Positions 20,405 through 22,495 of a stretch of 22,495 bases of DNA are shown one piece after another. The DNA comes from Vermamoeba vermiformis. Lineage: Eukaryota. The DNA lies in NCBI GenBank assembly GCA_045837725.1, contig JBEWZL010000156.1, positions 124,001-146,495 on the forward strand. The letters run 5' to 3'. The stretch's first letter is position 1; every line of letters begins with the position of its first letter. The translations under genes and the position numbers were made by a program. Below the pieces are notes generated by a model. That model searched no databases, was not told the origin of the DNA, and saw only the letters and a list, made by a program, of their open reading frames with translations.

Positions 20405-22361
20405 ATGTCGGAGTCCCTCGCGAGATCCCAAAACAACTTGGATGTAGGCACGCCTGGGAGAGGGAAGAAAAAGTGCCAGATAACGAAATGGCTCATAATT
20501 AAGATTTGCATTATAGTTGCGATATCCTTTTCTCTGTTCTTCATAGCACAATATGCTATCCCAAGCTCCCCTCCGCCTCCTGGTGGACGAGATCCGACAC
20601 AAGGTATGTCATACGACCGTTAATGAAAATTCTGCCTCTGGATCGATCATTTAATTAATTAAATATATTAGCAAATATATTACTGTCGTATAATTTGCAT
20701 AGCGAAAGTTTCTAATTTTATGTCAGATCTTCGTTTACCTGAATTTTAAGAATCAAATCACTTTTATGTTATTTTAACCATTATTTTATATAGGAGAGAT
20801 AGTGGGGTTAGCTATAATTAATTTATCAGAAGCAGCTGTTACGGCCGTGGGATTAGCCTTCTTGGTCTCTTATGCTCGGTATTTACCTGGGACTCCTTCT
20901 ATAATCAAACCAAAAATATACTGCATTTATATAGCGGTATGTTGGTTCTTGATTGAGTGGTTCCCGCACGCTCAATTACGTAAGCTAATGTCAAATTGTC
21001 GACATCCAAAAAACGATCTGAATTTTTTCTGATATAATCAATTCAATTCTGCTTATTTATTCCGTTAATAATTATAATATTGATAGATAAGATGTATGGA
21101 CCTGACGTGAATGCGAACATTGCTCTTGAAATGACTTTTCATTGGATCAATTTGGTTGCGTTAAGCTTGCTCGCGTACCATCAATTCAATATAATGCTAT
21201 TATGCATGTCGTAAGTTAATATAAGCTTTTGCAATAGTTCCTTGGGTTGCGAAATCCTTTGGGTAATCCTCCCGTAGAAATTTCAATTATCGTCCCTTAA
21301 TTATAATTATTTTTCCGGTTATAGCCTTATTTATACCTATTGCGCACATTCTCGTGTTTTAAGCATTATTTCTAATCAAATCACTTGTCATTAGGTTGAC
21401 TAAAGTGAAGGAGAACTTAGCGCGGTTGGAACAAGGCGAAAAAACGATCGACGAAGAAAGAGAAGCGCTGCACCGAAAAAATCCAGTCAAAAGATTCTTT
21501 TTGAACACTAAAGTGCAGGTAGTATTAATCACTATTGCATTTTTCTTCGCCTTGTTCTTTGGTGTGAGAAAGTAAGCACAAACATGTTTTGACACGTGTC
21601 AAGATCTAACTCACCCCTTACTCATTAATACTAAAACGCTTTGTTTATTAACTATAATATCATATACTAGGGCAATTCCAACTGTTGCTTCAGAAGTTAC
21701 AGAAGTTCAAGCTGGACTTTTGACTGCGATCGAGGTAATGACTTTGAGACACATTTCTGAACTCTGCATTTAACCAAGAGTATGTAGGTCGTTGGAGCAC
21801 TTACATTTGGCATAGGCGCGTCATTTGCTATTTTAATGGCGATCAATATCTCTCGTAATATTGCGCCGCGGTATCAAAAAGTAGCGTGGGCGAGTTACGG
21901 CGCAATTTGCTACATTTGGCTAACGGACTACTTTCACGGAAAAACACACAATAGTATGGCTGGCGATGATTATACAGTGCGTATAATATGACTTTAAGTC
22001 GTTTTACGGGGTGGATCGAACTAATGCCTTTCAGGGCCGGATTATTGTTGACATATTCTTCCACATCGGAGTTACGGCCGCAGGTTTCGTTTTGATTCAT
22101 TATCAGCGAAAGGTTATCAAGGCTAATTACGAAAGACGTCATAATAGTAAGCAACCGTTTCCATTCCGTTCAGCCTTGGATCCAGCTGTCGTACAAGCGT
22201 TGAAATTTCATGTTTCTTTAACAATCTTGACTTGCGGGGGACTGCTTTTTCCTTTTATAGAAAACCGAGTAGCGACATCAGTGGCGCTGTCAACTCAAGG
22301 AGCGAATCCGTCTGGCAGCGCGGCAACGAAGCGCGATGACTCGCAGCTTGAGAAACTATAA
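20405..22361 (+). CDS. Uncharacterised ~8-TM membrane protein, tandem paralogue B, ~383 aa
   Basis: Exons 20405-20603, 20794-20979, 21087-21210, 21395-21571, 21671-21734, 21788-21976, 22035-22146, 22261-22361. It has the same 7 intron phases as paralogue A and identical lengths for exons 2, 3, 5 and 6 (186, 124, 64, 189 nt), while intron sequences have diverged. Confidence 0.9.
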
Positions 22362-22495
22362 GCGCGGGGTATTGTTTTATTATACGAGGCATAATAGTCT
22401 CAAAAGTGTATTTGTAGTTTAGTACCAAACAGAGTTAAGATCTGATAAATTTCTTTGGCTCGCCTTGCAGCCCAATCAGAAAAAAGAATGTTTGT

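Noticed and set aside
20522-20530. ATATCCTTT, a perfect AT-AC U12 donor match
   Set aside because: It lies inside coding exon 1 of paralogue B, which is collinear with paralogue A across this position.
22350-22361. C-terminal EKL of paralogue B as a PTS1 or ER-retention signal
   Set aside because: It is non-canonical, not shared with paralogue A, and unlikely on a polytopic membrane protein.

Overview
This is compact, AT-rich, intron-rich eukaryotic nuclear DNA, probably from a protist or amoeba (inference). It uses the standard code, has GT-AG introns of about 50-650 nt, and shows no operons or CRISPR. The ORF track is fragmented by splicing, so I rebuilt gene models by hand. The 12 genes are: (1) a partial secreted protein on the minus strand with a frame break near its 5' end; (2) an NBR1-like PB1-FW-UBA autophagy receptor; (3) an 11-exon 4-coumarate:CoA-ligase-like acyl-CoA synthetase with two GC-AG introns and two consecutive micro-exons; (4) a small intronless membrane protein; (5) a Kelch-repeat protein; (6) a single-C2-domain protein; (7) a secreted nucleoside hydrolase; (8) a small mitochondrial-targeted, possibly IF1-like protein; (9) an orphan ~4-TM protein carrying a likely U12-type minor intron; (10) an ANKRD40-like ankyrin protein; (11-12) a tandem pair of 8-exon paralogues. 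The paralogues encode ~8-TM proteins made of two internal repeats, each carrying HxxxH...E/DxxxH, a putative membrane metal site and the best candidate for an undescribed system. Non-coding signals include GATC enrichment in introns, a recurring intronic palindrome TGACACGTGTCA, upstream CACGTG boxes, a 47-48 bp tandem duplication and a GC-rich possibly structured segment. All gene models and family calls come from reading the sequence; no searches were run.
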